DNA of 64,000 nt from Leucoraja ocellata (Eukaryota): the NCBI GenBank assembly GCA_036785375.1, contig JAWMAR010000081.1, forward strand, positions 7,564,001 through 7,628,000, written 5' to 3'. The notes below the pieces were generated by a model. That model was not told the DNA's origin. It ran no database searches and saw nothing but the letters and a program-made list of their open reading frames with translations. This document shows positions 63,036-64,000 of the stretch, in pieces; positions within the stretch are counted from its first letter, which is position 1, and each line of letters opens with the position of its first letter. The translations under genes and the position numbers were made by a program.

Positions 63036-64000
63036 CATAGGTTCATAGAACAAAACAGAAGGGGCTATTCAGCGCATTGTATCCAAGCCGGGAAGGGAAT
63101 AGTTATATCGGTGTTTCGCACAGTCCTGATCATAGTCCACGGCTTTTAGATTGCAGGGTGATTCATTCAGCTTTGGGGTCATTTTGAATTCACTGTACCT
63201 GTGCTACGAAACAAAAAAGATGGGAACGTTTTTAAGGTTGTATAAACATAATTTAATTTATTTGCCACCTGAATTCAAACATTGCTTTGAATACCTCATT
63301 CATTTACTTGATATTCACAGAGATGTCACCTTATCTTGCATGGGTGTGAAGGACCATCTGTCTTCTGTTTCCCAAATTTCTATCACTCTGGAACAATATT
63401 TTCTAAAAAAGATTAAGTAGATCAACTCAATTCCAAAGTGGCGCCTATCCATGTCCTCCAGAGATGCGGCTTGTCCTGTTGTGTTACTCCAGTACTTTGT
63501 GTTTTATTCAAGATTTCAGTGCCTGCATTTCCTTATGTGTCCTGATGTTCATAGTCTTGATAGTGACTTGTAAAATGAACATGCAGCTTAAACAAGGAAT
63601 AGCATGTCAGTCACTTCATGACCAAAGTACAGATTAAAAACTGACCCTGCAACTATATGAGATTACACCAGAGCAAAAATATCACTGCTAAACACATCAT
63701 CTGCTCGATGCACAACCGTTGAAGATAACTGATCCTGGTTTTGAGTGGTCTTCCAGTTATAGCGCAAGTAGTTTCCATTTTCCAAACAAACTGAAATCTT
63801 CCGCTATTATCATGTTTAGCCCACAGCTGTTATGTATCCAGGAGAAAGTTGCTTCACCACAATTTGCACATCTTTTGGGAATTTATTTTAATGTCACGAA
63901 AGAAGAAAAATGAAGCATTTGTAAAGGCCATGTCAAAATGGGAAATATCCAAGGCTTAATGTAATAAACAGACAATTACATAACTGAGCTCAGTAATTTC

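Overview
Eukaryotic genomic DNA from a cartilaginous fish, most likely a skate or ray. This is inferred from HE1/V-type SINEs, CR1/HER1-like LINEs and a vertebrate GART. Bases 1-15.9 kb hold nine consecutive + strand coding exons of the trifunctional purine enzyme GART (end of GARS, all of AIRS, start of the GAR transformylase domain; equivalent to human exons 11-19). All have GT-AG junctions with consistent phases. A 200-N assembly gap follows (15934-16133). In the remaining 48 kb I found no host exons, including the last three GART exons. That stretch is repeat-rich: CR1 and Rex1/Babar LINE fragments, V-SINEs, a CORE-SINE, Deu-SINE relics, MITEs and a 1.19-kb solo LTR. The most notable system is a Penelope-like retroelement family. 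One copy keeps an open RT + GIY-YIG ORF, and its 5' junction carries reiterated 29-nt copies of what looks like its own N-terminal coding sequence. About 20 short pLTR-derived micro-elements accompany it, many of them hairpins, some with a minimal hammerhead-ribozyme core and 11-14-bp target-site duplications. Other points of interest are a probable intronic stop/poly(A) route to monofunctional GARS and a fold-back element that fills almost an entire GART intron. Repeat family names come from motif recognition only; no database search was run.
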